DNA of 64,000 nucleotides from an uncultured Brevifollis sp. (lineage in GTDB: Bacteria > Verrucomicrobiota > Verrucomicrobiia > Verrucomicrobiales > Verrucomicrobiaceae), in NCBI GenBank assembly GCA_964421275.1, contig CAYQWE010000013.1, forward strand, positions 24,672 through 88,671. The letters run 5' to 3'. Every line of letters begins with the position of its first letter. The stretch's first letter is position 1. This document shows positions 19,837-27,205 of the stretch, piece by piece. Made by a program: the position numbers and the translations under genes. The notes beneath the pieces are model-generated. The model made no database searches and had not been told where the DNA came from. It worked only from the letters and a program-made list of their open reading frames with translations.

Positions 19837-22410
19837 TTATTGCGCCACTGCCACGCTCGGCGGTTCCAGCACATCCAGCTCATGGATGGACCAGTAGAGG
19901 CCTTTCACGCCGCCGGTGTCGGTGATGCGGATGAATTTGGCTTTGGCGGGCTTGGGGAAGAGGAAGTCGGTGGTGCTGACTTTTTCGCTCTGGCCTTCGA
20001 GGATGGGTTTGTCCCAGGTTTGGCCGTCTTGGGAGAGTTCGATCTTCCAGCCGCGGGGCCAGTCGCCGCGGGAGGTGGCGGTGTCGAGAGTGAGACCGGC
20101 GATGTTGGTGGCTTGCGGCAGTTCGATTTGCACCCACATGCCGGGCGTCTGCGAGGTGCGCGTGTCCCAGCGGGTCTCGGGATTGCCGTCGATGGCTCGG
20201 GCGAGATCCTTGGCGTTGTGACTGGCGGTGAGCTTCCACGCGTTGCGATTTTCCAGCGGGAGCTGCGGGCCGGTGCGCTTGAGTTCTTCGATGGTCCACG
20301 GCGTGCTGCGTGAGGCGAGTTCTTTGCGCAGCTTGGCGACTTCCTCCTTCGTGATGAAGCGTCCGTTGTTGCCAAAGCTCTTGCGCACGTAGCTGGCGAT
20401 GTCGGCGAGCCATTCGTCGGGGTTGTTCGCCATCGGGATCATCTGCGCCTGATACGTTTTGCCGTTCACGGGGCCGCTGAGGCCGTGGAGGAGCACGCGG
20501 AGCACTTGATCGCCCTGCACGACGGTCTTCGAGGCGGCGAGCGCCGGGGCGAGTGTCATGCCGGGTGCGAGTCCATCGATGGCGGTGCCTTTGCCATCGA
20601 GGCCGTGGCAGGTGAAGCACAGCTCCTGGTAAATGGCCTGACCGCGGCGCATCTGATCCTTCTGCGCGTTGCTGAACTCACGCGGGAAGCTGATCTGGCT
20701 GTTGAGCATCTGCCCGGCCATTTCTTTGACGCCTTTCGACGGCGTGCTGAGCGCGGTGAGGTTGATGAGCTTGGCGTGGTCCTTCCACTTCATCTGCTTC
20801 GCGGTGAGCAGCGCCTGGATGACGACCGTGGGATCGCTGTCCTTCGTCAAAGCGGTGATGTCCGCGACGAGCGTCTCATCAGCGAGCGATTCGCTGGCGC
20901 GGATGGCGGCACGGCGCAGCACGGGTGAGCTGTCCTTCAAAGCGGCACGCACGAGATCGCTGGTGAGAGTGCCGAGACCTTCGAGCGTCCACAGCGCGTG
21001 GATGCGGGCGAGGTCGCTGCCGTTTTTCTGAAGCATCGCGATGAGCGCGGGCGCGACGTTTTTGTCCTGCTTCAAAACGAGCAGCTTCTGCGCGGTGTCT
21101 CGATACCAGCCGTTCGGATGCGCGAGGGCCTCGACAAGTTGCGCGGGTGTGGCGTCGAGCAGTTTCGGCGCGGGCACGGGCTTCGTCGTGTCATGCACGA
21201 GACGCCACACGCGGCCGCGATTGATGATCTTGTCCATGCTGTGCCGCAGGATCACTTTGCGCAGGTAGCTGCCCTCCTTCGTCCAATTGCCCTCCTGGAT
21301 GATGCCGCGATACATGTCGCAGATGAAGAGCGTGCCGTCGGGCGCGGTTTTCATATCGACGGGGCGAAAGCATGCGTCCGTGCTGCGGAGGAACTCACTC
21401 TGCGGATGCGGATTGTGCAGGATGGTGATTCCGTCCTTCACCTCGATGCTCGTGCGGCGCACGAGACGGCCCACGGGCTCGCCAAAGAAGAGATTGCCGC
21501 GCAGCTCGGCGGGCAATTGGTCGCCTCGGAAGATCTCGCCACCGCAGGTCGCGGTGAAATGGTTCAGCGTGTCGTCATCACGCGACTTGCCGGGTCCGCC
21601 CTGGTAATCACGCAGACCCATCGCTGGCCACACGACCTCAAAGCCGGGCTCGAACTGCCCGCGGGCGAGCGATTGACCATAGAGGATGTGGTTTTGGAAA
21701 TTGAGCGGGCCTTTCTCGCCGCCTGCGTTCACCACCCAGAACTTGCCCTCATCATCCTGCGTCGCGCCCCACTGGCCGCCATTGCCGGGAATGTCCTGCT
21801 TGATGAGCTGGCCGTCCTTCCAGCGCAGGCGGTAATTGTTCACCGCGGTGTAGATCCAGTTGTCCAGCGCCCACGTCATGCCGCTGGGCTGATGCTCGAG
21901 ATTGCCGCCGCGCGGCCCGCCTTGATACACCAGCTTCTTTTCATCGCTCACACCATCGCCGTTCGTGTCTTGGTAGAGATAGATGTCGTTCGTGTCCGTC
22001 TCGCCGATCAGCACGCCATCGGCCAGCGGCAGCAGCAGACGCGGCAGCTTCAGTTTGTCCGCAAAGACGCGATGCATGTCGTATTGGCCATCGCCTTTGC
22101 TCGACCAATGCACGGACACACGGCTCGTGCTCACCAGCTCGTCCGTGCCGTCGATGTCGCGCATGTAGCTGCTCATCTCCGCCACGTAGAGCCTGCCATT
22201 GCCATCAAAGGCCAGGCAAACCGGCTCCGTGATGTCCGGCTCGCTCAGGATCAGCTCCATGCGATACCCCGGCGGCAATTGGAAGGTCTTTTGCTCCTCC
22301 GCCGCCGTGAGCGCCTTCACCGGCGGCTTCGGCGGGAAGTCGGTGGCATCATCGGCCAGCAAGCGACCGAGCGAGAGGGCAGTGACGAGAGCAAGGGAGC
22401 GGAGTTTCAT
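19837..22410 (-). CDS. secreted PVC-type multidomain protein: membrane-bound-dehydrogenase-like propeller + HEAT repeats + cytochrome c (CxxCH) + F5/8 type C (discoidin) domain
   Basis: A signal peptide (MKLRSLALVTALSLG) is present. CFTCHG is the heme-binding motif. HEAT-like SPVLRRAAIRA is present. The C-terminal NPETRWDTRTSQTPGMWVQIELPQATNIAGLTLD is discoidin-like. Confidence 0.8.
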   Translation of the reverse strand: MKLRSLALVTALSLGRLLADDATDFPPKPPVKALTAAEEQKTFQLPPGYRMELILSEPDITEPVCLAFDGNGRLYVAEMSSYMRDIDGTDELVSTSRVSVHWSSKGDGQYDMHRVFADKLKLPRLLLPLADGVLIGETDTNDIYLYQDTNGDGVSDEKKLVYQGGPRGGNLEHQPSGMTWALDNWIYTAVNNYRLRWKDGQLIKQDIPGNGGQWGATQDDEGKFWVVNAGGEKGPLNFQNHILYGQSLARGQFEPGFEVVWPAMGLRDYQGGPGKSRDDDTLNHFTATCGGEIFRGDQLPAELRGNLFFGEPVGRLVRRTSIEVKDGITILHNPHPQSEFLRSTDACFRPVDMKTAPDGTLFICDMYRGIIQEGNWTKEGSYLRKVILRHSMDKIINRGRVWRLVHDTTKPVPAPKLLDATPAQLVEALAHPNGWYRDTAQKLLVLKQDKNVAPALIAMLQKNGSDLARIHALWTLEGLGTLTSDLVRAALKDSSPVLRRAAIRASESLADETLVADITALTKDSDPTVVIQALLTAKQMKWKDHAKLINLTALSTPSKGVKEMAGQMLNSQISFPREFSNAQKDQMRRGQAIYQELCFTCHGLDGKGTAIDGLAPGMTLAPALAASKTVVQGDQVLRVLLHGLSGPVNGKTYQAQMIPMANNPDEWLADIASYVRKSFGNNGRFITKEEVAKLRKELASRSTPWTIEELKRTGPQLPLENRNAWKLTASHNAKDLARAIDGNPETRWDTRTSQTPGMWVQIELPQATNIAGLTLDTATSRGDWPRGWKIELSQDGQTWDKPILEGQSEKVSTTDFLFPKPAKAKFIRITDTGGVKGLYWSIHELDVLEPPSVAVAQ

Positions 22411-22462
22411 GACGGGGGCTGAAATAGTTCATGATCAATACTTTCGCCAAAGGCGGCTCCTT

Positions 22463-22500
22463 TGGTGACAGGCTGCCAATCTTTGTTAAAATCCGGCCAT
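22463..22500. promoter_or_regulatory. conserved 38-nt element, copy 1 (TGGTGACAGGCTGCCAATCTTTGTTAAAATCCGGCCAT)
   Basis: It matches 25346..25383 at 35 of 38 positions. It lies 52 nt upstream of the minus-strand start at 22410. Confidence 0.5.
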
Positions 22501-22636
22501 TGCAGGTGCGGGCGGCTAAAGGGAAGCGGCAGCGATCAGGGTGGATTGCGCTAAACCAGAGAGGTGCGGGGCAAGGTTTTTTCGGGAATGCCCCTTTACT
22601 TGCCTATTTCCTGACGACCCGCTAGCCTCTGTGCTC

Positions 22637-23062
22637 ATGATACGCGCAGTTCTCGACACGAATGTCCTGCTCGCCGCCCTGCGGTCGAGGCAGGGCGCAT
22701 CGTTTGAGATCATCTCCCGCTATCGTCAGGGCGAGTTTGCCCTGCTCGTGAGCAACACCGTCCTCTCCGAGTATGATGAAGTCCTCAAGCGGGAGGGGCC
22801 GGCCTTCGGCATCACCACCGCCATCGTGAACCGTTACCTGGATGCCCTTTGTGCTGGAGCCGAGGCATTCCCCACCTCCAGCTTTTGGAAACCTTCCCTG
22901 CCCGATGCCGACGACGAAGCTTTTGCTCAACTGGCGCTCGAAGCCAAAGTCGGCTATCTTGTCACGTTCAATCAACGCCACTTTCCCGCCGACCGCCTGC
23001 CTGCCGTCAAAGTCGTGTCGCCCAAAGAGTTTCTCCACGTTCTTCAATCCATCGTCCCATGA
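22637..23062 (+). CDS. PIN-domain toxin (PIN_3 / TIGR00305-like)
   Basis: The ATG at 22637 gives MIRAVLDTNVLLAAL (first acidic PIN residue), followed by SNTVLSEYDEVL, DADDEAF and YLVTFNQRHF. Confidence 0.8.
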   Translation: MIRAVLDTNVLLAALRSRQGASFEIISRYRQGEFALLVSNTVLSEYDEVLKREGPAFGITTAIVNRYLDALCAGAEAFPTSSFWKPSLPDADDEAFAQLALEAKVGYLVTFNQRHFPADRLPAVKVVSPKEFLHVLQSIVP

Positions 23063-23292
23063 CCATCCAAGCCAACATCCCCGACTTTCTCATCCGTCAG
23101 GCCGCCGATGTCGCTCAGCGAGAAGGCACCAGCGTGGACTCCATCATCGCCATCGCCCTCTCCTCCCAAGTCTCCGTCTGGCAGGTCCGCGACAGCGTCG
23201 AGAAACGCGCTAGTCGAGGCAGCCTCTCCGATCTGGATACCATCCTCGCCGCCGTGCCGGATGTGCCGCCCGTAGTGGGAGATGAGAGGTAA
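23059..23292 (+). CDS. small putative antitoxin (77 aa) coupled to the PIN gene
   Basis: The ATG at 23059 overlaps the PIN stop (ATGA). The sequence MTIQANIPDFLIRQAADVAQREGTSVDSIIAIALSSQV looks like an RHH/HicB-C-terminal-type DNA-binding start. The assignment rests on size and context. Confidence 0.55.
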   Translation: MTIQANIPDFLIRQAADVAQREGTSVDSIIAIALSSQVSVWQVRDSVEKRASRGSLSDLDTILAAVPDVPPVVGDER

Positions 23293-23469
23293 AGATCAAG
23301 CCGGTTGGCAGGCATGGCGACTTCATGAGCAGGCGTGTCCGGCCGTTCATCGCCCCGTGAGACCCACCAGGACCTCAGGAGAAAATGCCGCAACGATCAG
23401 GGCGGAATGTGCCAGACCGTCCTGCGGCGGTTCGGGGACTGATAAGGCGCGTGTTGCACCCCTCCTGAC

Positions 23470-25296
23470 TCATCGGCTCTTCAGCATAATCTTCGTCGAA
23501 AGGGGCTGGCCGGGGCTGAAGTCCACGATGGAGGTCTGGGGGCCGTCTGGCGTGCGAACGGTGACTTCATAAGTGCCAAACAAGCCGCGAAAGGCCACGC
23601 TTCCGCTGGCATCGGACTTGAGTTGCTCCTGCGTGTACCATTGGTGGGTGACGAGGTCGCGCCAGATTTTCGCGGCGGGCTTTTCGCTCCAATCTTTGCG
23701 CCACAGCGCGGTCGTAGGTTTCCAGTGGGCACCTTCCCAGAAGCCCCACAGGACAAAACCCGTGTAGGCCGGATGGCTGAAGGCCATGGTGAGCGCATCC
23801 CGCGTGAAGTCCGCGGCGAGCACCTCGTCGCCGTTCGTGTCCACGTCGAACTCCGTGATTTGCAGTGCGGGCACGAGTTTCGCAAAGCGGTCCGAGTTGG
23901 CGAGCATTTCATCCGGGGAAGGGAGGTAGCTGCAGTGAAAGTGGGCCTGATTTCCCAGGCCGTCCGGCTTCACGCCGCTGGCGAGCAGCTTCTGGATGAT
24001 TTGAAAATACTCCTCCTGCTGGCGTCCGGGACGAAAGACCTGGTCTTCATTGATCCACAGCGGCAGCGTGGTGAGCTTTCGCGCCTCGCGAAACACCTCC
24101 GCGTAGATGGCATCTCCGAGCACGGTGTCGATGGTGCTGCGCGGCTCCCAGCCTGCGGGATGATTCAGCGCGTCCCATTCCGTGACGTGCGCGTTCATGG
24201 CGGGTGCGATGTCGCGCATGTGGGCCAGCACGCCATCGCGGATGGCCTGGGGCTGGTCTTTGAGCTTCCCGGACCATTCCTCAAACGGTCCCCAGCACAG
24301 ATAATGTCCCCGCACGCTGAACCGACGCTCCGCGAGCCAGGCCAGCGATTGATCGAGCCAGTCTCGGCGATAGCCACGGCTGCCGGTGTTGTCCTTCGCG
24401 TTCTGCCAGGGGCCGCGTTTCATCTCGTTTTCAAACACCGCGCGGCTGAAGCATTCATCCACGATGGCGCGGTAGTGCTCTCCGTCCGGCGAGGTATCGC
24501 AGAGCTGTTTCGCCGTCACCACGGTGCCAAAGCCGAAGGCGTGACGTTTCAGGCGGATATCCACCTGCGCATCGGTGACGGCTTTGCCGTCGTGGTCGAG
24601 GATCGTGAGCGAAAAGTCGCCCTTGCGATGCTTCTCGATGCGTTCCTGCGCTGCCTTCCGCCATGCGGCATCAGGCTCGCGGCCCGCGTAGGTGAAGCGC
24701 GGCTGCGGCAGCTTTTGCAGCGGAAAGTCCGGCCCGTAGTTCAGCAGGCGCAGGCTGCCGATGTCCACCCTTTGCACCTCGCCGCCGAGATGGATGGAGA
24801 CGGCGCATTTGCCATCGGGGCCGTCCACACCCGCGGTGAAAGGCAGGATCACAGGCTCCCATTGTGTCCCGACCCGAAAAAGCGTGCTGCCCAGCTTCGG
24901 AAATTTCGGCGGCAGGTGTGCCTCCACCGTGGCGTAGCCGGAGGCCGAGCCCTCCACCGCGCGCACCTGAAACAGCAGCAGGCACGTGTCACCTTTCGCA
25001 ATGGTGCCGCGCACATCGGAAACGATCTGCACGCTCCAGGAGTTTGCCGGGCGCTGCTTCACATGCACCCGCCAAAACTCCGCCCACGGAGCATCCTGCG
25101 CGTGTTGGATTTCCGCCACGGCCATGCCGGATTCTTTGGGGAGTGCGGGCCGCGCTCCGGCCAGACTGCCGGAGGGCAGCAGGTCTCGTCCGCCAGGGGG
25201 GATCTCTGCTGCATGCGCCCATGCAGAGACAAAGAGCAGCATCCAGGCGGGTAAACAGCCGAGGATCGGGTCGAAAAGTCGTGCGCGTGTCAGCAT
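23470..25296 (-). CDS. secreted GH10-like glycoside hydrolase with N-terminal carbohydrate-binding-like domain
   Basis: Start taken at MLTRARLF (25296), followed by a signal peptide. GH10-like blocks are present: VRGHYLCWGPFEEW, WDALNHP (canonical WDVVNE), LWINED, DGLGNQAHF, ITEFDV (nucleophile block) and VLWGFWEGAHW. Confidence 0.75.
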   Translation of the reverse strand: MLTRARLFDPILGCLPAWMLLFVSAWAHAAEIPPGGRDLLPSGSLAGARPALPKESGMAVAEIQHAQDAPWAEFWRVHVKQRPANSWSVQIVSDVRGTIAKGDTCLLLFQVRAVEGSASGYATVEAHLPPKFPKLGSTLFRVGTQWEPVILPFTAGVDGPDGKCAVSIHLGGEVQRVDIGSLRLLNYGPDFPLQKLPQPRFTYAGREPDAAWRKAAQERIEKHRKGDFSLTILDHDGKAVTDAQVDIRLKRHAFGFGTVVTAKQLCDTSPDGEHYRAIVDECFSRAVFENEMKRGPWQNAKDNTGSRGYRRDWLDQSLAWLAERRFSVRGHYLCWGPFEEWSGKLKDQPQAIRDGVLAHMRDIAPAMNAHVTEWDALNHPAGWEPRSTIDTVLGDAIYAEVFREARKLTTLPLWINEDQVFRPGRQQEEYFQIIQKLLASGVKPDGLGNQAHFHCSYLPSPDEMLANSDRFAKLVPALQITEFDVDTNGDEVLAADFTRDALTMAFSHPAYTGFVLWGFWEGAHWKPTTALWRKDWSEKPAAKIWRDLVTHQWYTQEQLKSDASGSVAFRGLFGTYEVTVRTPDGPQTSIVDFSPGQPLSTKIMLKSR

Positions 25297-25345
25297 GCGG
25301 GCAAGGGTTGAGTCCAGCACTCTAGACCAACCGGGAATGCCTGTC

Positions 25346-25383
25346 TGGTGACAGACTGCCAATCTTTGTTACCATCCGGCCAT
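25346..25383. promoter_or_regulatory. conserved 38-nt element, copy 2 (TGGTGACAGACTGCCAATCTTTGTTACCATCCGGCCAT)
   Basis: It lies 49 nt upstream of the GH10-like gene start (25296). Its last 2 nt belong to the ATG of the AraC/PAS gene (25382). Confidence 0.5.
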
Positions 25384-26122
25384 GCCGCTGCCACGCCTCC
25401 AAGCCGACTTTTTCGCCCGGATCGCCGATCCGCAGGGCGTGCGGGCGATTTTCGAGCACATGCCCGGCGTGTTCTTTTTCATGAAGGACGACCAGGGGCG
25501 GCACATCGCGGCCAACAGCGCCACCTTTGAGCGATTCGGCATCAAGAGCGAGCGCGAACTCGTCGGCGCGATGGATGAGAAATTCTTCCCGCCCGATGTG
25601 GCGAAGGCGTATCGCGACGACGACCAGAAAGTCATCCGCAGCGGCAAGCCGCTCATCAACCGCCTCGAAGTCTGGTATGACGAGCAGCGGAACCTGAGCT
25701 GGTTCCTCTGCACGAAGCTGCCCGTGCGCGACAAACGCGGCAAGGTCATCGGCGTCATGGGCATCACCCGCCGCGATGAGGACCGCATGCGCCAGCACGA
25801 CGTGCGCGAGGTCACCGTCGCCGTGCAATACGCCCGCGAGCACTGCCACGAAGTCGTCACCACCGCCGAGCTCGCCCGCGCCGCCGGCGTCTCCGAGCGC
25901 CACCTGCATCGCAAACTCCGCATCGCCCTCGACATCAGCCCCTACGAACTCCTGCTCCGCTCCCGCATCCAATCCGCTGCCGAAGCCTTGGCCAAAACCA
26001 CGCTCCCCATCATCCAGATCGCCCTCGATCACGCCTTCTGCGATCAAAGCGCCTTCACCCAGCAATTCCGCAAACGCACCGGCATGACGCCGAAGGAGTT
26101 CAGGCGGCGGCATCAAGGGTGA
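25382..26122 (+). CDS. AraC-family transcriptional regulator with N-terminal PAS domain
   Basis: The PAS-like N-terminal half reads MPGVFFFMKDDQGRHIAANSATFERFG...GVMGITR. The C-terminal AraC HTH reads ERHLHRKLRIALDISPYELLLRSRIQSAAEAL...FCDQSAFTQQFRKRTGMTPKEFRR. Confidence 0.88.
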   Translation: MPLPRLQADFFARIADPQGVRAIFEHMPGVFFFMKDDQGRHIAANSATFERFGIKSERELVGAMDEKFFPPDVAKAYRDDDQKVIRSGKPLINRLEVWYDEQRNLSWFLCTKLPVRDKRGKVIGVMGITRRDEDRMRQHDVREVTVAVQYAREHCHEVVTTAELARAAGVSERHLHRKLRIALDISPYELLLRSRIQSAAEALAKTTLPIIQIALDHAFCDQSAFTQQFRKRTGMTPKEFRRRHQG

Positions 26123-26193
26123 GCGCTTGAAAGCGCAACTTCACGAAAAACAGGCGCAGGGACAGCTTAGCCAAACGCTCGATCCTCGGAGTT

Positions 26194-27099
26194 AGAGCCT
26201 GTCCGGCAAATGGTGGCAAAAGCTAGAAAACTGCGATAGGGAGGGATGGCGAAGAACTACCCCACCGATGTCAGCGATGAAGTATGGGCACTCATCAAGT
26301 CCGAGTTGTGCGCACTGGACAAACCCAGAGGCAAGGGCCGCATCGCCAGCGAAGCCTCCGCGCGAGCCTGCTTCAATGCCTTGAGGTATCTGCTCAAGAC
26401 AGGCTGCCAGTGGCGGATGCTACCCAGGGAGTATCCGCCGCGTTCCACCGTGCATGACGCCTTGAGTCGTTGGACACGCAGCGGCGTGTTGGAGCGCATC
26501 AACAAAGAGCAGACCCGGCAGCGGCGCGAGCTGGTAAAAAAACGCCCAGCCCAGCGCGGCGGTCCTCGACAGCCAGAGTGTGAAGTGCGCCGACACGGTT
26601 GGCCGTGGCGAAGGAGGCAGCGGCTACGATGCGGGCAAAAAAATCAAAGGGCGCAAGCGACACATCCTCACCGACACGCAAGGACTGCTGCTGGGCGTCA
26701 CCGTCACACCGGCCAGCGTGCAGGATCGCGACGGGGCGAAGGTCGTGTGCAGTGTGTTTTGTCATCAATGGCAGCGACTGGAGGTCATTTTTGCCGACGG
26801 CGGCTATGCGGGGAAGCTCGAAGGGTTCATCGCGCAGGCAGCGGCGGGCTGGGGGCATGCACAAGGGTTGCGCCTGGAGATCATCAAACGCAGCGAGCAG
26901 GCCAAGGGATTTGTGCTGCTGGCGAAACGCTGGGTGATGGAGCGCACGTTTGGCTGGCTCATGAAGTGCCGCCGACTCAACCGCGATCAGGAGCGCAACG
27001 CACGCCATCACGAATCCATGATTTATCTGGCGATGATCAACCTGAACCTTCGCGTCCTCTCAAAAGCATGATGCCTCTATTATTTGCCGGATAGGCTCT
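26194..27099 (+). mobile_element. IS5-family insertion sequence (IS427/IS1031-like size, 906 bp)
   Basis: The terminal inverted repeats AGAGCCTGTCCGGCAAAT (26194-26211) and AGAGCCTATCCGGCAAAT (complement of 27082-27099) match at 17 of 18 positions. They enclose a two-frame DDE transposase. Confidence 0.85.
26246..27071 (+). CDS. IS5-family DDE transposase split over two frames at an A7 run (26536-26542)
   Basis: Frame A gives MAKNYPTDVSDEVWALIKS...LRYLLKTGCQWRMLP...RELVKK (DUF4096-like N-terminus). The +1 frame gives NAQPSAAVLDSQSVKCADTVGRG...GYDAGKKIKGRKRHILTDTQGLLLGV...FADGGYAG...KRWVMERTFGWLMKCRRL (DDE_Tnp_1). The continuation of frame A to 27094 is Arg-rich nonsense. Confidence 0.8.
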
Positions 27100-27165
27100 G
27101 ACAGAAGAAAAATCGGAATTGAGCAGTTGACGACTAATGAAACTGAGACTTAGTCGCAATCGTTG

Positions 27166-27188
27166 TTGAAAACGAATCTCATTTTCAA
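27166..27188. promoter_or_regulatory. Fur-box-like palindrome TTGAAAACGAATCTCATTTTCAA upstream of the TonB-dependent receptor
   Basis: The arms TTGAAAA / TTTTCAA are perfect. The inner 19-mer GAAAACGAATCTCATTTTC matches the GATAATGATAATCATTATC consensus at 13 of 19 positions by hand. It lies 18 nt before the ATG of an iron-uptake operon. Confidence 0.5.
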
Positions 27189-27205
27189 ATCAAACTCATT
27201 TCCTC

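Noticed and set aside
20998-22422. Long + strand ORF (474 aa) antisense to the PVC heme/discoidin gene. Similar long antisense ORFs occur at 23623..25254 (+), 8808..10289 (-), 41633..43204 (-), 37193..38410 (-), 37977..39053 (+), 47181..48212 (-), 50703..51626 (-) and 25322..26116 (-).
   Set aside because: These are Arg/Ala/His/Gly-rich low-complexity translations with no recognisable motifs. Each lies opposite a gene with clear family signatures. They are typical shadow ORFs of high-GC DNA.
22463-22500. Reading the 38-nt element as a sigma-54 promoter, because of TTGGCAG on the minus strand.
   Set aside because: The spacing and -12 element do not fit TGGCAC-N5-TTGC: the sequence downstream is CCTGTCACC. 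No enhancer-binding-protein gene is nearby.
26246-27094. A single 282-aa transposase ORF, as listed.
   Set aside because: After the A7 run (26536-26542) this frame becomes Arg/Gly-rich with no DDE motifs. The DDE domain is in the +1 frame, ending at 27071.
26192-27101. A target-site duplication for the IS element.
   Set aside because: The flanking trinucleotides are TTA and TGA. They are similar but not identical, so no duplication can be claimed from the sequence.
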